A DNA stretch of 64,000 bases from Chiloscyllium plagiosum (taxonomy: Eukaryota). The notes below the pieces were generated by a model that was given only the letters and a program-made list of their open reading frames with translations, did not search any database and was not told where the DNA came from. Where the stretch lies: positions 84,381,586 to 84,445,585 of the forward strand of contig NC_057718.1 in assembly GCF_004010195.1 (NCBI RefSeq), read 5' to 3'. Within the stretch, counting starts at the first letter, position 1, and each line of letters opens with the position of its first letter. Position numbers and translations under genes: made by a program. Positions 26,450-39,450 of this stretch are shown here, one piece after another.

Positions 26450-27605
26450 CCTCTGACATCTGTCCTATATCTATCACTCCTCAATTTAAAGCTATGCCCC
26501 CTCGTGCTTGCCGTCACCATTCTTGGAAAAAGGCTCTCCCTGTCCACCCTATCTAACCCTCTGATTATCTTATACGTCTCTATTAAGTCACCTCTTAACC
26601 TTCTTCTCTCCAACGAAACAGCCTCAAGTCCCTCAGCCTTTCCTCGTAAGAACTTCCCTCCATACCAGGCAACATCCTAGTAAATCTCCTCTGCACCCTT
26701 TCCAAAGCTTCCACATCCTTCTTATAATGCAGTGACTAGAACTGTACACAATACTCCAAGTGCGGCCACACCAGAGGTTTGTACAGCTATAGCATAACTT
26801 CACGGTTCCGGAACTCGATCCCTCTATTAAGAAAAGCTAAAACACTGTATGCCTTCTTAACAACCCTGTCAACCTGGGTAGCAACTTTCAAGGATCTGTG
26901 TACCTGGACACAAAGATCTCTATGCTCATCTACACGACCAAGAGTCTTACCATTAGCCCAATACTTTGCATTCCGATTACTCCGACCAAAGCGAATCACC
27001 TCACACTTGTCAGCATTAAACTCCATTTGCCACCTCTCAGCTCAGCTCTGCAGCTAATCTATGTCTCTGTAACCTACAACATCCTTCGTCACTATCCACA
27101 ACTCCACCGACCTTAGTGTCGACTGCAAATTTACTAATGCACCCTTCTACACCCTCATCCAGGTCATTTATAAAAATGACGAACAGCAGTGGACCAACCC
27201 TTGTGGTACACCACTGGTAAATGGACTCCAGGATGAACATTTCCCATCAACCACCACCCTCTGTCTTCTTTCAGCAAGCCAATTACAGATCCAAACTGCT
27301 ATATTTCCCACAATCCCATTCCTCCGCATTTTGTACAATAGCCTACTATGGGGAACCTTATCGAACGCCTTGCTTAAATCCATATACACCACATCAACTG
27401 GCTTACTCTCATCTACCTGTTTGGTCACCTTCTCAAATAACTCAATAAGGTTTGTGAGGCACGACCCCCAGGGGACTTATCTATTTTCACACTCTGCAGG
27501 ATTTCTAATACCTCTTCCTTGTGAACCTCAATCCCATCTAGTCTAGTAGCCTGTATCTCAGTATTCTCCTCGACAACATTGTCGTTTTCTAGAGTGAATA
27601 CTGTC
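26450..27605 (-). mobile_element. CR1 LINE ORF2 fragment
   Basis: Encodes VYMDLSKAFDKVPH, SKFAVDTK and MEFNADKCEVIRFG. Confidence 0.85.
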
Positions 27606-27609
27606 AAAA

Positions 27610-30600
27610 AAAAAACAAGGTAACTTAAATAACAAGTTAACATAAATAATATTCAATTAAATTACTGCACTCAGTGCAATCTCATCACAGCTCCCCACCA
27701 CAGGGAGCAATAGTAAACAGGTCCGTATTTGTTAAGGATTCTTTCTCCCGGGGCCCCCAAACTGACAGACACAGTCCTCATGGCAAAAAAAAGGCCCTGA
27801 ATAATATAGCCATTATAGCTACATCAATATAATTCAAAAAGGGTCACCATGTTCTGTAAAATAGTTCTGTTTTCTGGTGCACTATATTCATAAGGAAGTC
27901 CAGGGGCATGTGTTCCATGACTATCCTATGCCAACACGAGGGTCTGGGGGATTCTCCGACACCCAGCTCATTAGAATGTTCTTCCTCGCACAGAAAGAAA
28001 GAATATTAAACTATTTCTTCCCATGTGTATCCAGTGATTTGGGAAACCCAAAAGGAGGGATACCGGATCCAAGCTAACCTCAGTTCCGAAAACCTTTACC
28101 AAAGCATTCGCTATGTCATCCCAATACCTGTGGATCTTGTGGCATGATCACACGCAGTGAGTAAGAGTACCAACCTCCATTTTGCACATGGGGCACATTA
28201 GGGACAATCTGTCTTGAATTTCGCAAGCCGTCCTGGTACCAGATGAGCCCTATGGAGTACCTTCAATTGAATAGCCCAGGTCCTATTACAAATCGAGATC
28301 TTCCTAACATATGCCCAGATATCCTCCCACATCTCTGAGGAGATTTCCACCCCTAATTCTTGAGTCCAGGTTTTATATAGCTGTTCAATGTCCTTCGAAA
28401 GATGACTACCTAACAAGTAATAGAGAGTGCTAACCAAGAGGGCGCCCGTAGACTGGAGCACTCTCCTCTCCATGTCCGACTTTTAGGGATTAACCATCAA
28501 TGTAGTCTTTTCTTGTACAAAGTCTCTAATCTGGAAGTAATGAAAGAGATCCTTCCTAGGTAGCTTGAACTTCTGACTCAGCTGTTCGAAGGACATCATG
28601 ACCTCCCCGTCAAATAGACCTCCCAAACAGAAGATTTCTCTGGACTCCCAGAGCTAAAAGCCAAAGTCCTGAACATTCATTTTAACCAGAGCTATTCTAC
28701 CCAACCAGGATATTGGAAGATCCTCCCAGTGCTGAAGGTTCTGTCTTATCTTCTCTTGCAGCTCCACAAAGTTAGCTTTATATAATGGATCGAATATCGG
28801 GGTGATAAAAATGCCTAAATACAAAAACCTCCCTGTGACCATCTGAAAGGGAATTGGATTCCACCCTCACGATCGGGTACTCCAGTAAGACCCCGACAGA
28901 CATGGCCTCCGATTTCATTAAATTGATTTAATATCCCAAGAATGAGCCATATAAATTAATCACATATTATATGGGTCACAGATATCGTCAGGTTATATAG
29001 AAAGAGAAGAATGTCATCTGCATAAAGGGTGATCTTATGCCTTTCTGATCCTACCTCCGGGGCACTTACATTGGGTCATTCCAGATGGCTTCTGCCAACG
29101 GCTCAATCACCAATGTAAATAATAGCAGTGAGAGAGGGCACCCTTGTTGGCTGCCTTTGCCAGTACTAAAATTGTCAGACCTTATACCATGAGTGAGAAC
29201 CGCTGCTTTAGGGTCACTTTATAACACTGCCACCCACAAGGCAAAAAGCAAACCGTTCCAGGACATAAAAGAGGCACGGTGGCACAGTGGTTGGGCGGCA
29301 TGGTGGCACAGTGGTGGGCGGCATGATGGCACAGTGGTGGGCGGCATGGTGGCACAGTGGTGGGCGGCACGGTGGCACAGTGGTTGGGCGGCACGGTGGC
29401 ACATGGTTAGCACTGCTGCCTCACAGCGCCAGAGACACGGTTTCAATTCCTGCCTCAGGCGACTGACTGTGCAGAGTTTGCACATTCTCCCCATGTCTGC
29501 GTGGTTTCCTCCGGGTGCTCCAGTTTCCCTCCACAGTCCAAAAATGTGCAGATTAGGTGAATTGGCCATGTTAAATTGCCCATAGTGTTAGGTGCAGGGG
29601 TAAACGTAGGGGAATGGATCTGGGTGGGTGCACTTCGATGGGTCGGTGTGGACTTATTGGGCCGAAGGGCCTGTTTCCACACTGTAAGTAATCTAAAAAA
29701 AGGTACAGCCACTGCACCCAGTCAAACAATTTCTCTGTGTCCAGGGAGACTATTAAGCCCGGAATCAACCCTTGCTGGTATACCTGAACCATATTTAGCA
29801 CTCTCCTAATATTATTAGAGGGCCTGCAAATACAAATAAAACCTGTCTGGTCCTCCCTTACGATGAAGGGCAAGACCTTCTCCAGCCTCAATACCAGCAT
29901 TTTCTACAAAATTTTAAAGTCCATGTTTAATAATGTTATGGGCCTATATGAAGTGCAATCCTCTGGGACTTTCCCTCTCTTGAGAATAAGAGAAACATTT
30001 GCTTCTCACAGAGGCTAGGAGCAGTCCTGACTGTATGATTGACTGTACATATCCAACATTGGCCCAGCCAGCATGTCTATGAACTCCCTATAAAACTCAC
30101 TCCGAAATCCATCTGAACCGAGCATTTTACCATTCTGGAGCTGCCTCACCACCTCCTGTATCTCTTAGATTGTCAGAGGGGCATTCAAAAGAGACGCCTG
30201 CTCTGAAGTTACACCTGGGAGGTTCAAGGTCCTAAAAAAGGACTCAATCTTCACCAATCTGTCCTCACAGCCCTCCGACCAGTACAACTCACAGTAGAAC
30301 TTCCTGAATGCTGCATTAATCTCCCTCTTTGCTGTCTGGGTGAGCGCGGTATTTAGAACAGCCCAGAGGGCTGTAATCCTCTGCAGCTTAGTTACAGACG
30401 GTTTGTCAAGATAGGTTGTCTCAGCTGCCTTCAGCCAGGCCTCGAGCATACGGTGCTGCTTTCCCTTCTGCTGCTTCTGAGTCGCTGAGTACGAAATAAT
30501 CAAACCCCTTGCATAGGCCTTGGCGGTNNNNNNNNNNNNNNNNNNNNNNNNNNNNNNNNNNNNNNNNNNNNNNNNNNNNNNNNNNNNNNNNNNNNNNNNN

Positions 30601-32166
30601 NNNNNNNNNNNNNNNNNNNNNNNNNNNNNNNNNNNNNNNNNNNNNNNNNNNNNNNNNNNNNNNNNNNNNNNNNNNNNNNNNNNNNNNNNNNNNNNNNNNN
30701 NNNNNNNNNNNNNNNNNNNNNNNNNNNNNNNNNNNNNNNNNNNNNNNNNNNNNNNNNNNNNNNNNNNNNNNNNNNNNNNNNNNNNNNNNNNNNNNNNNNN
30801 NNNNNNNNNNNNNNNNNNNNNNNNNNNNNNNNNNNNNNNNNNNNNNNNNNNNNNNNNNNNNNNNNNNNNNNNNNNNNNNNNNNNNNNNNNNNNNNNNNNN
30901 NNNNNNNNNNNNNNNNNNNNNNNNNNNNNNNNNNNNNNNNNNNNNNNNNNNNNNNNNNNNNNNNNNNNNNNNNNNNNNNNNNNNNNNNNNNNNNNNNNNN
31001 NNNNNNNNNNNNNNNNNNNNNNNNNNNCATAGTTTGAACCAAATTATTATCAATAGAGGAACAAAAAGGGGAAAAACAAAGCTCCAACCAGATTTCCTCC
31101 ATTTCTTTTACAGAATGATAAACGCGTACCCAAGCAACAATATTTATACACACTACAATTGTTTAAATTAGGTTAGTTTGTCCACAAAGTCGCTTGCCTT
31201 CTCCGATGTGTCAAAGAGATGCATGGATCCATCTAAGGTGATCCGAAGCACTGCCAGATATCTCACGGAGTACTGAATCCCAAGCTTCTTCAGTCTTCTC
31301 GTGACATCATCATGCAATTTTCGTTTCTGGAACCGCCGCTGAAAAGTCCTGAAAAAACGTGATCTTAGACCCCTCATAAATTAGGGCCTTTGGATCCTTC
31401 CCCTGGTGTCTGGAAGCCTCCATGACACTCTCCTTATCCTGGTAATGATGGAACCGCATCAGGAAAGGACGAGGGTGTTGACCCAGACGCGACCTCCGCA
31501 CTGCGACCCGGTGAGCCCTCTCTATCTTCAATCCTCTCATGCCAGTCTCCAAGTCAAGGAATTTCGGAAGCCAATCTTCAACAAATTCCGCAGGCCGCTC
31601 ACCTCCCTTACCTCAGGCAGACCGATGATCCAAATGTTTTTTCTCCTGCCCCTGTTTTCAAGATCATCCATTTGGTCACGCAAATTACGAACCTGCGAGT
31701 TCAGGACTTGGATCGCTTCCTTGAATGAACTGGCATCAGCTTCCACCACTGTGACCCTGTGCTCCACCTCATCCATCCTCTTCTCCAGGTCTCCCAGCTG
31801 CTGCTCATGCTTCTGCAGCATGAGAGAGACTGGAGCCAGCTTTTTTTTCAATCTGTTTCCCCAACATCTTGCGAGATTTCAAGAGCTGGTTCACCAGGTC
31901 CTGGAGAGTAATCGTCTCTGAGGCTGCTGCAGGCTGAGCTGCAAGCCCAGCCTCAGATGATCCTCCTCCCTTTTTAGGCATTTCTGGACAGCTGAAAATA
32001 CAGGTAAGTCAATTTTTAAATGTTTCTTGAGGCTCCACAATCTTTCCAACGCCCCAAGAAATCCTGATGACCTGGGTTGGGTGGATTAAAGAACCGTCCT
32101 GCTCCTGCTGCGATGCGAAGCTCTGCAGTGTGATCTTCTCAGATCAGCGCCATCTTAGATCCCCCC
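27610..32166 (-). mobile_element. Near full-length decayed L1-clade LINE (ORF1 about 31168-31980, ORF2 fragments), with nested SINE and assembly gap
   Basis: ORF1 LENRGRRKNIWIIGLPE; ORF2 IVSLDTEKLFD and LPISWLGRIALVKMN; 5' end GGGGGGATCTAAGATGGCG with a YY1-like site. Confidence 0.85.
29273..29697 (+). mobile_element. HE1-like SINE with a six-fold tandem 5' head
   Basis: (GGGCGGCAYGGTGGCACAGTGGT)x6 followed by a complete SINE body and tail. Confidence 0.9.
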
Positions 32167-33216
32167 GCTGTAACTTTAAGTGCTCCTTAGATGTGTTTTT
32201 TGCAGCAAGGCTACATCAACCTTTTCCTTTCTAAGGCTTGAAAGTACTTTTTTTCTCTTAATCAGCATTTAAATGAGTGTTTAGCCATACCCATCCAAAG
32301 CAGCCCATGACCCCGTGGGAGGAAGAATCCCATTTGTCGCGCACCGAGTGAAGGAAGAGTAAACAATTTGTACAAACTTGAAAATAAAATAGATTGATTT
32401 TTGATGAAGTAACAGAATTGTTGGATGAGACCGCACAGTTGATGGTATGTACATGGAGTTTCAAAAGGTGTTTGATAAAATACCACAGAATAAATCTCTT
32501 AAAGCTGTGCAAGTGCAGCTTGATAGCACTGTGGATATTGTAGTTAATAGAATGTCCCTTTCAAATGAAACAACAACTTTTTGGGCACACTAAAAGTAAC
32601 ATTAGTCAATTGAATGACATGCTGGGAAAACTGTTGAACTGAATAGCATGTTGGGAATTGGATCAGTCCAGACAGATATGCAAACCATTGATTGATTATA
32701 TTGAATAGGTGTTAATGAAACAGTGGAACTGAGTAAGCAAAAATACTTGCAGGATTCACAGTCAAAATGGATTAAGCTGGACAGAAATGCAAGCCATTCA
32801 CCTTGACTGACCATATTGAATAGGTGTTGATGGGACAAGGTTTCAGTGCAACAATAGATCGGTGTTTCAATAGAAACAAAAAGTGTTGGCGATCACAGCA
32901 GGTCAGACAGTATCCATGGAGAGAAAGCAAACTAACATTTGGAGTCTGGATGACTCTTCATCAGAGCTCAGGCCATATTGCAGCATCTGCAGTAATTTCC
33001 TCCTATGTGGAGTTTCAGTGAAATTGTTTTGAGACAGCTGACCTCCTAGGGTCAGCTCAATCATGAGTGAAACTACAATATCCAATACTGTCGTTGGTAA
33101 GACCCTTCCTGTAACACTGAATTATGTTGATTACATTATTACATCAAACTGGTGATACTTAGTGATATTAAGTGAAGCTTGCCAAATGCCTTCTTCACCA
33201 CCTTGTCTACTAGAGT

Positions 33217-33426
33217 TAAAAATCACACAACACTAGGTTATAGTCCAACAGGTTTAATTGGAAGCACACTAGCTTTCGGAGCGACGCTCCTTCATCAGGT
33301 GATCACCTGACGAAGGAACGTCGCTCCGAAAGCTAGTGTGTTTCCAATTAAACCTGTTGGACTATAACCTGGTGTTGTGTGATTTTTAACTTTGTACACC
33401 CCAGTCCAACACTGGCATCTCCAAAT
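33217..33426. mobile_element. Palindromic Penelope-terminus insertion with a 15-bp target-site duplication (TSD)
   Basis: 88-bp arms, 33215-33302 and 33303-33390. CTTGTCTACTAGAGT at 33202-33216 and 33427-33441. Confidence 0.85.
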
Positions 33427-33619
33427 CTTGTCTACTAGAGTGGACTAATTCAATTGGAGCAAAGCAAGCAAAAACCAGATTTAGTCAAGGGTTTCAAAAT
33501 TAGTGCTTTAAGGGAGGCATAGAGGAATAACTCTGCTTTTATTTGGGAAGTCAGTGTCAAGAGGTTATCAGTGTAATATGGTACAGGATTTCCTAAGCTT
33601 GTGCAAAAGAAGAATAACA

Positions 33620-35780
33620 AACCAAAGGAACTGCAGATGCTGAAGATATGATAACACGTGATAACAAGGTCTGGTATGTGGTTGTTGGGGTAAGGACATG
33701 GGAGAAGGTGCCTCAAACCCTAAAATTGTTGAACTCAATATTAAGTCCAGAAGGCTGTACAATTCCCAAGTGGAAAATGCGGTGCTGTTCTTACAGCTTG
33801 CACTGTTTTCTAGTGCACTGCAGCAAGCCTGAGCCAGTGATGTTGGCCAGGGAACAAAGTGGTGTGTTGAAGTGGCAGGCAACTGGAAGCTCTGGGTCTT
33901 TTTTGTGGACAGAATGTAGGTGGTCTGTGAAGTGGTCACCCAGTTTACACTTCATATCCCCCAAGTAGAGAAGACCACATTGTAAGCAGTGAATGCAGTA
34001 GACTTTGATTAAGTGAAGTACGGGTAAAGTGCTGCTCCATCTGGAAGGTGTGTTTGGGCCCTTGGATACTGAGGAGGGAGGAAGTGAACAGGAAAGTGTT
34101 ACACCTTTTGTGACTGTAGGGGAAGGTGCCATTGGGCTGTGGGGTCACTGGGAGTGAAGGAGAAGCGGACCAGGGAGTCCTGGAGGGTGTGGCCCCTCTG
34201 GAAGGCTGAAAAGGGAGGGGAGGGTCTGGTTTTGGCATCCTGCCAGAGATGGCCAAAATGGCAGCTAATGATTCCCTGCTTCTGGATGCTGGTCAGATGG
34301 TGGGTTAGGAAAGGGGGACCCTTTTGCTGTTGTGGGAGGGAAGAGATGGAGTGAGAGCCGAAGTGTGATGGGTTGGACCCGGCTATGGTGCTGGGGAATC
34401 CTCGGTTGTGGAAGGTGGACATTTTGGAGGCTCTCTTGTCAAAGTTAGCATCATCAGAAATGATGCAACAGAGACAGAGGAACTGGGAGAATGGAATAGA
34501 ATCTTTAAAGGAAGGAGAGTGTGTCCAAGGTAACTGTGGGCATCAATGGGCTTGTAGTGGATATTAGTGGCCAGTCTATTCCAGAAACAGACATCGAGAT
34601 GTCAAGGAAGGGAAGGGAGGAGTCAGAGTTGGTCCTGATGAAGGTGAGAGTGGGGTGGAAATTGGTAGTGTAATTGATACATTTTTCCAGTTCTGGATTA
34701 GAGAGGGAAGCAGCACTGATGATGTCATTGATATAGCGGAGAAAGAATTGTGGGTTGAGGCTGGAATGGGCTGGAACAAGGAATGTTCCACATATCTCAC
34801 AAAGAGACAGGTTTAATTCGGGCCATGTGGCCACTCCTTTGACCTGAGGAAAGAGAGAGGAGTTAAAAGAATAGTTTAGGATGAGAATGAGCTCAGCCAA
34901 GTGGAGGAGAGTGGTGGTGAATGGTTACGGTTCTGCCCAAGACCATCCTAATGGGGGATGGAATGTAAAGGGATTGCACGTCCATAGTAAGGGGGAGGCA
35001 GCAGGAGCTTGCAAACTGATGTAAAGCATCAGAGGAATCGCAGACAAAAGTGGGAAGGGACCAGACAAGGGGAGAAAAAAACTGAGTCAAAGTTGGAAGC
35101 GATGAGGTCTGTGGGGCCGGAGCAGGCAGAAACAAATTGTCTGTGCGGGCAGTCCTGTTTGTGGATTTGCAGAAGGAGATGGAAGCAAGTTATTTGGGAG
35201 ACTATGTGCTTAGCGGCAGTGGGTGGGGGTGGGAAATCACCGGACAAAGTGAGGTTAGTGACTGTAGTGGACACAATGGCCTAATGTTTCATAATGGGGT
35301 CACGGTCTGGGGGAGTTAGGAAAAGATATCTGGGAGCTGGTGCTCAGTGTCTGCAATCTGGAGGTCAGTCCGCCAACTACAACAGCACCACCCTCATCAG
35401 CAGGCTTAATTACAAAGTCAAGGTTGGATCTGAGAGTTAGGACTGCAATCAGTTCATGGGGAGATAGTTTCGAATGGGTGAGGGGGCAGAGAAATTGAGG
35501 CAAACAATGTCATGTCGACAGTTCTCAATGAACAGGTCAAATACAGGTAAATTGCCAGAGGGAGGGGTCCAGCTGGAGGGAGAGTGTTGGAGCTGGGCGA
35601 AGGGGTCTGTGGAATAGGGAATGGACTCTCATCCAAACAAAATGGGCATGAAGGTGAAGGAGATGGAAGAAAAATTCAATGTCATGCTCAAAATTCATTA
35701 AGGTGGGGACACAGAGGGATAAAACTGAGACCTTTGCTGAGGACAGAACATGCAGCATCAGAGAGTGGTCAGACGGGATG
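33620..35780 (-). mobile_element. Decayed Penelope-like element (RT plus GIY-YIG)
   Basis: Encodes IKPADEGGAVVV, LTMDVQSLY, FFLRYINDII, LPFLDI and VYCIHCLQCGLLYLGD. Confidence 0.8.
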
Positions 35781-38299
35781 GTAAACTCTCATAAAGAGGT
35801 GGGGTTGTGAGAGGCTAAAGTGGGGTAAGAGAAGGAGAATAAAGTTAACACACAGGAATTAGTTTAAGATTAAGCCAAGGCATGGCAGGGGAGCTCAGGG
35901 GAGTATTGCACAGCCTGTGACATGTGGGAAATCTTAAATGCTCCTGATAGACTGGATAACTGGTTTGTCCAGCTTGATGGTCAGCTGAAGGCACTTCAAT
36001 GCATCCATGAGGCGAAGAGTTACTTGGACATCATATTTTTAAATGTGGACACAACACCCCTAAGGAAGTGCAGTCAGTGAGGGAATGAGTAACTATCAAT
36101 TAGAAGAAGGGAAGCAGACAGGTAGTCAGGAAAGCCCAGTGTGTATCTCACTCGTAGCACATTTTCTGTGTTGGAAGATGATGAAAGTTATGGTTCCACC
36201 TGGGAATGCAGCCAGAGCTCATCTGAACAAGGGGAGAGCACAAACTGAGGGAGAACAATAGTGATAAGTGATTCAATAGTGAGGGATAGAAACAGGTGTC
36301 CCTGCAGCCAGACAGAACTTCAGGATGGTGTTTCCTCTATGAGGCCAGGCTCTCTTGTGTTTTAATGATAATAAACCATGCCTCATGTAAACCACATCTT
36401 ATTATTAGTGCAAATCGAGTCCCACTAAGTACGTATCTCCTTCCACTATGATACTGATGATCGAGAGTAGGTTGCTGGGCCAATAATTGGCTGAGTTGGA
36501 TTTGTCCTGCTTTTTGTACACTAGTCATACCTGGGTAACTTTCCATATTGTCAGAAAAATGGCAGTGATGTTGTTGTACTGGAACCGTTTGGCTAGGGGT
36601 ATGATAGGTTCTAGAGCACATGTTGTTTCTGTTGCTAGATCATTGTCAGGGTGCAAAATGTATGCAGTATCCAGTGCCTCAAATCTTTGCTTGATATTAC
36701 ATTGAGTGAATCAAATTGGCTGAAGGCTGGCAACTCTGATGCTGGCAATCTACAAAGATGTCTGTGCTACAAGAGCCCTAAGAACATCTTTTTTAAATGT
36801 GCAAAGCTAGGAAATGTAGTAGTCCAAAGAGATTTAGGAGTTCTTTAACACTGAGCACTAAATATAAACATAGGGAATGTTAACCTTTAATAGTTAGAAG
36901 GCTCGAATATAAAGGAGAAGAATTTTTGGTGCAATTTTAATCAAAATCCTGGTTCCACCACATATCAAGTAGCTTGTCCAGTTCTGGTCACAATCCTCAG
37001 AAGGGATAATTGACTCTGAAAGAAGTGCAGTGGAATTTTATCAATCAGTTCCCAGGTATAATTTACAGGGAAAGACCCCTTGATTCATTCACTCGTTGCC
37101 ACATAGCTGCAGTGACTTGAGTATCTCATACATGTTCTCCACCTACAAAATGTGAAGATTTAAAATGTCAATTTCAATAATTGGTTTTAATCGTGACTTT
37201 CATTTGCTTGAAAATATTCAATAAAAAAGAACAAGTCGATATGGAGTAACACAATAAATGAGTAGCACAGTTGCATGATTTCTTGTGGTCTATTATTTGG
37301 ATGCTTTAATCAGTTTATATATTAAAACACTTTACCGAAGCGTTCTTGTCAATGAGCTGGACAAAGGGACACAGAATTCAGTTTGCAGTTCCATTCAATT
37401 TTATTAACAAAACATTCCTTATAAATTTCCACAGTATTTACACCCAATCTAGCTCTATCCTTCTGCAATAATCCACATGTTTGAGATTGAATCTCCCTCC
37501 TCCCCGATGAAAGATGGCTTTCTTCTACGAAAATCAGTCTCACAGTCAGGGAGGATCTTCTTAGGGTGCGACATGGTCTTCTGACACAAGACTTGCTAAG
37601 GGGGTGCCTTCTAGGTGTGTTTTATTCCCCTTGCCCCAGACATCTCTGATTGTTCTATGGCTTTTGGCCAATGGGATCATGAATACCGTTCAAAGCATCC
37701 AACAGGGTCACGCCAACACACTTCACTGTTACCATCCTGAGGCACTGGCTGGAAGTCAAGGTGCTGGAAAGTCTGATCAATAATTTTCCAAAACACAATC
37801 CTCTAGCTGACCTTGGTTTCCACTATTGTCTGTAGCCCCATAGCTGCTGGCTCCTGATTAATTTATTTTGGCCAATTATCAGTCAGACACGATTTCTACA
37901 GCTATGGGTCACTTGACCACATCCTTTTGTACCAACAAGAATTTTGAATTTTTTGGTACTTTTTAAACAGGACGTGCCTCAAGATGTTTTATATTGGGGA
38001 GTGCAAAACGAATGCGAAATGAACTGTAGTTTGTTAATAAGTGTTTTGGGCGTTTTGTTTTCAAGGTAAGCTGGAGAGAACTGAATCCAGAGGGGGAAAC
38101 TTTCAGTAAATAAGTGAAGTGAAAGTATACTTTGTAGATAATGAATATTGCTTTGTGGAAAAGGGTTTGGGTGGTGAGTAAAATAAACTGGGGCAGTTTC
38201 GGGTCTTCGCAGAGCTGCTCTCTTTAACAGAGTTGGCAAAGTCAACAATTCGGTTCTGATCCCGAAGAAAATGTCAGCGGCAGAAAAATCCTGAAATTT

Positions 38300-39450
38300 C
38301 AGAGCTCTCTCGCGAGATCAAGAGTGAGGCTAGATTTGACTAAGAAACTGTGCCTCTGACAATTTTGCCAGAGGTGGCATTTCTATGCTCCACAGGAAAA
38401 TAAATATTTCTTGGTGCTAAAAGGCAGTAGAAACCTTTCCTCAAAATGCAGCAGATTCTAGCTAAAGCAATCCTGTTAAACACAAGATCAGCGCATTTCC
38501 GCTGACCACGGGTGTGGAGCCGAGCTGGATCGAATACGGATCAGCCACAATCCCATTGAATGGTGAAAGATTACACAATCTCCCACTCCCCTCAACATTT
38601 CCAGCCGCTCTGCCTCTGACTGCAAGGGGGCGGCCGGCAGCAGAGGAGGGCGGGAATAGATGCGGGAGTACTGACGTCCCAGCAGCCAATAGAAAGACAG
38701 AAGGCTCAAGTAGCGTCGGGCCCCTTTGTTCTCCTCTTCAATCAGGGACGACCGCCGGGTGTCCCTCCGGCCAATGGGCGAGAGGCTGGGGGCGGGGACG
38801 CGCGCGCGGATTGTGCCGTGCCCCGACGATCCATCGCATTTTCGCGATCGTGGACAAAAGAGTGAAACGCTGGGTCGGTTGCGCTAAGAGGAGCGGGGAA
38901 AGAAAACGGAGAGGCTGCCGGCTGAACTGAGGTGTTTTCATTTAGCAAGGCTTTCCTTCATCGAGTGGTGACTGACAAACTGGCCCCTTTTCAAATTGTC
39001 TAGTTGCCGATTTATAAAAAAAAAGTTACATAACAGCTGCGGCCTCCGATTTCCTCTCTCCCTCTGCATCGCATTTATTTTGGGGGAAAATTCTCTGGAG
39101 AAATGTCGTCGGCGGACTATTACGAGTCGACGGACTATCTGGACGAATATTACGAGTCCTCCCGGCACCCGTCTAAGCGGCTCAAGGTCGACGAAAGCGA
39201 CACCGACTTCGATAGCGAGGAGGATGAAGGACGCGACGTTGGTGGCTCGGATGGGGGGGAGGTGAACGCTCCTGCACGTTCCAACTTTACACCTTTCACA
39301 TACTCCGCTCCCAGGCCGTGCTGAAATTTCGGAGTAACTTTAAATACTGTAATTCAGAGAGAGTACGCGCATGAGTTATCCCACCCACCAAAGTCCCGGC
39401 TTCGTTCGTTTGTTTCGTTGATCCCGACTCTGCTTTTTCGCACTGCACCA
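38300..39450 (+). promoter_or_regulatory. HNRNPLL CpG-island promoter and 5' UTR
   Basis: CpG-rich. TCTCGCGAGA 38308-38317, TGACGTC 38672-38678, CCAAT at 38686 and 38771, GC box GGGGCGGGG 38789-38797. Confidence 0.8.
39103..39261 (+). CDS. HNRNPLL: hnRNP L-like protein, coding exon 1
   Basis: Encodes MSSADYYES...YES SRHPSKRLKVDESDTDFDSEEDE...GGE, resembling human YESQAKRLKTEEGEIDY. Donor GAG|GTGAAC; 159 nt, phase 0, in frame with exon 2. Confidence 0.85.

Noticed and set aside
29273..29410. CRISPR-like array, also considered for 49359-49590
   Set aside because: Vertebrate DNA with no cas genes; the first has no unique spacers and the second has only short degenerate motifs.
30421..31171. 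Long ORFs of 170-220 aa in the ORF track
   Set aside because: Artefacts of the N gap at 30528-31027; the same applies to 9830-10150.
38514..39265. ORFs across the HNRNPLL promoter (138 aa, 89 aa and others)
   Set aside because: Non-ATG starts in GC-rich sequence with no recognisable homology.
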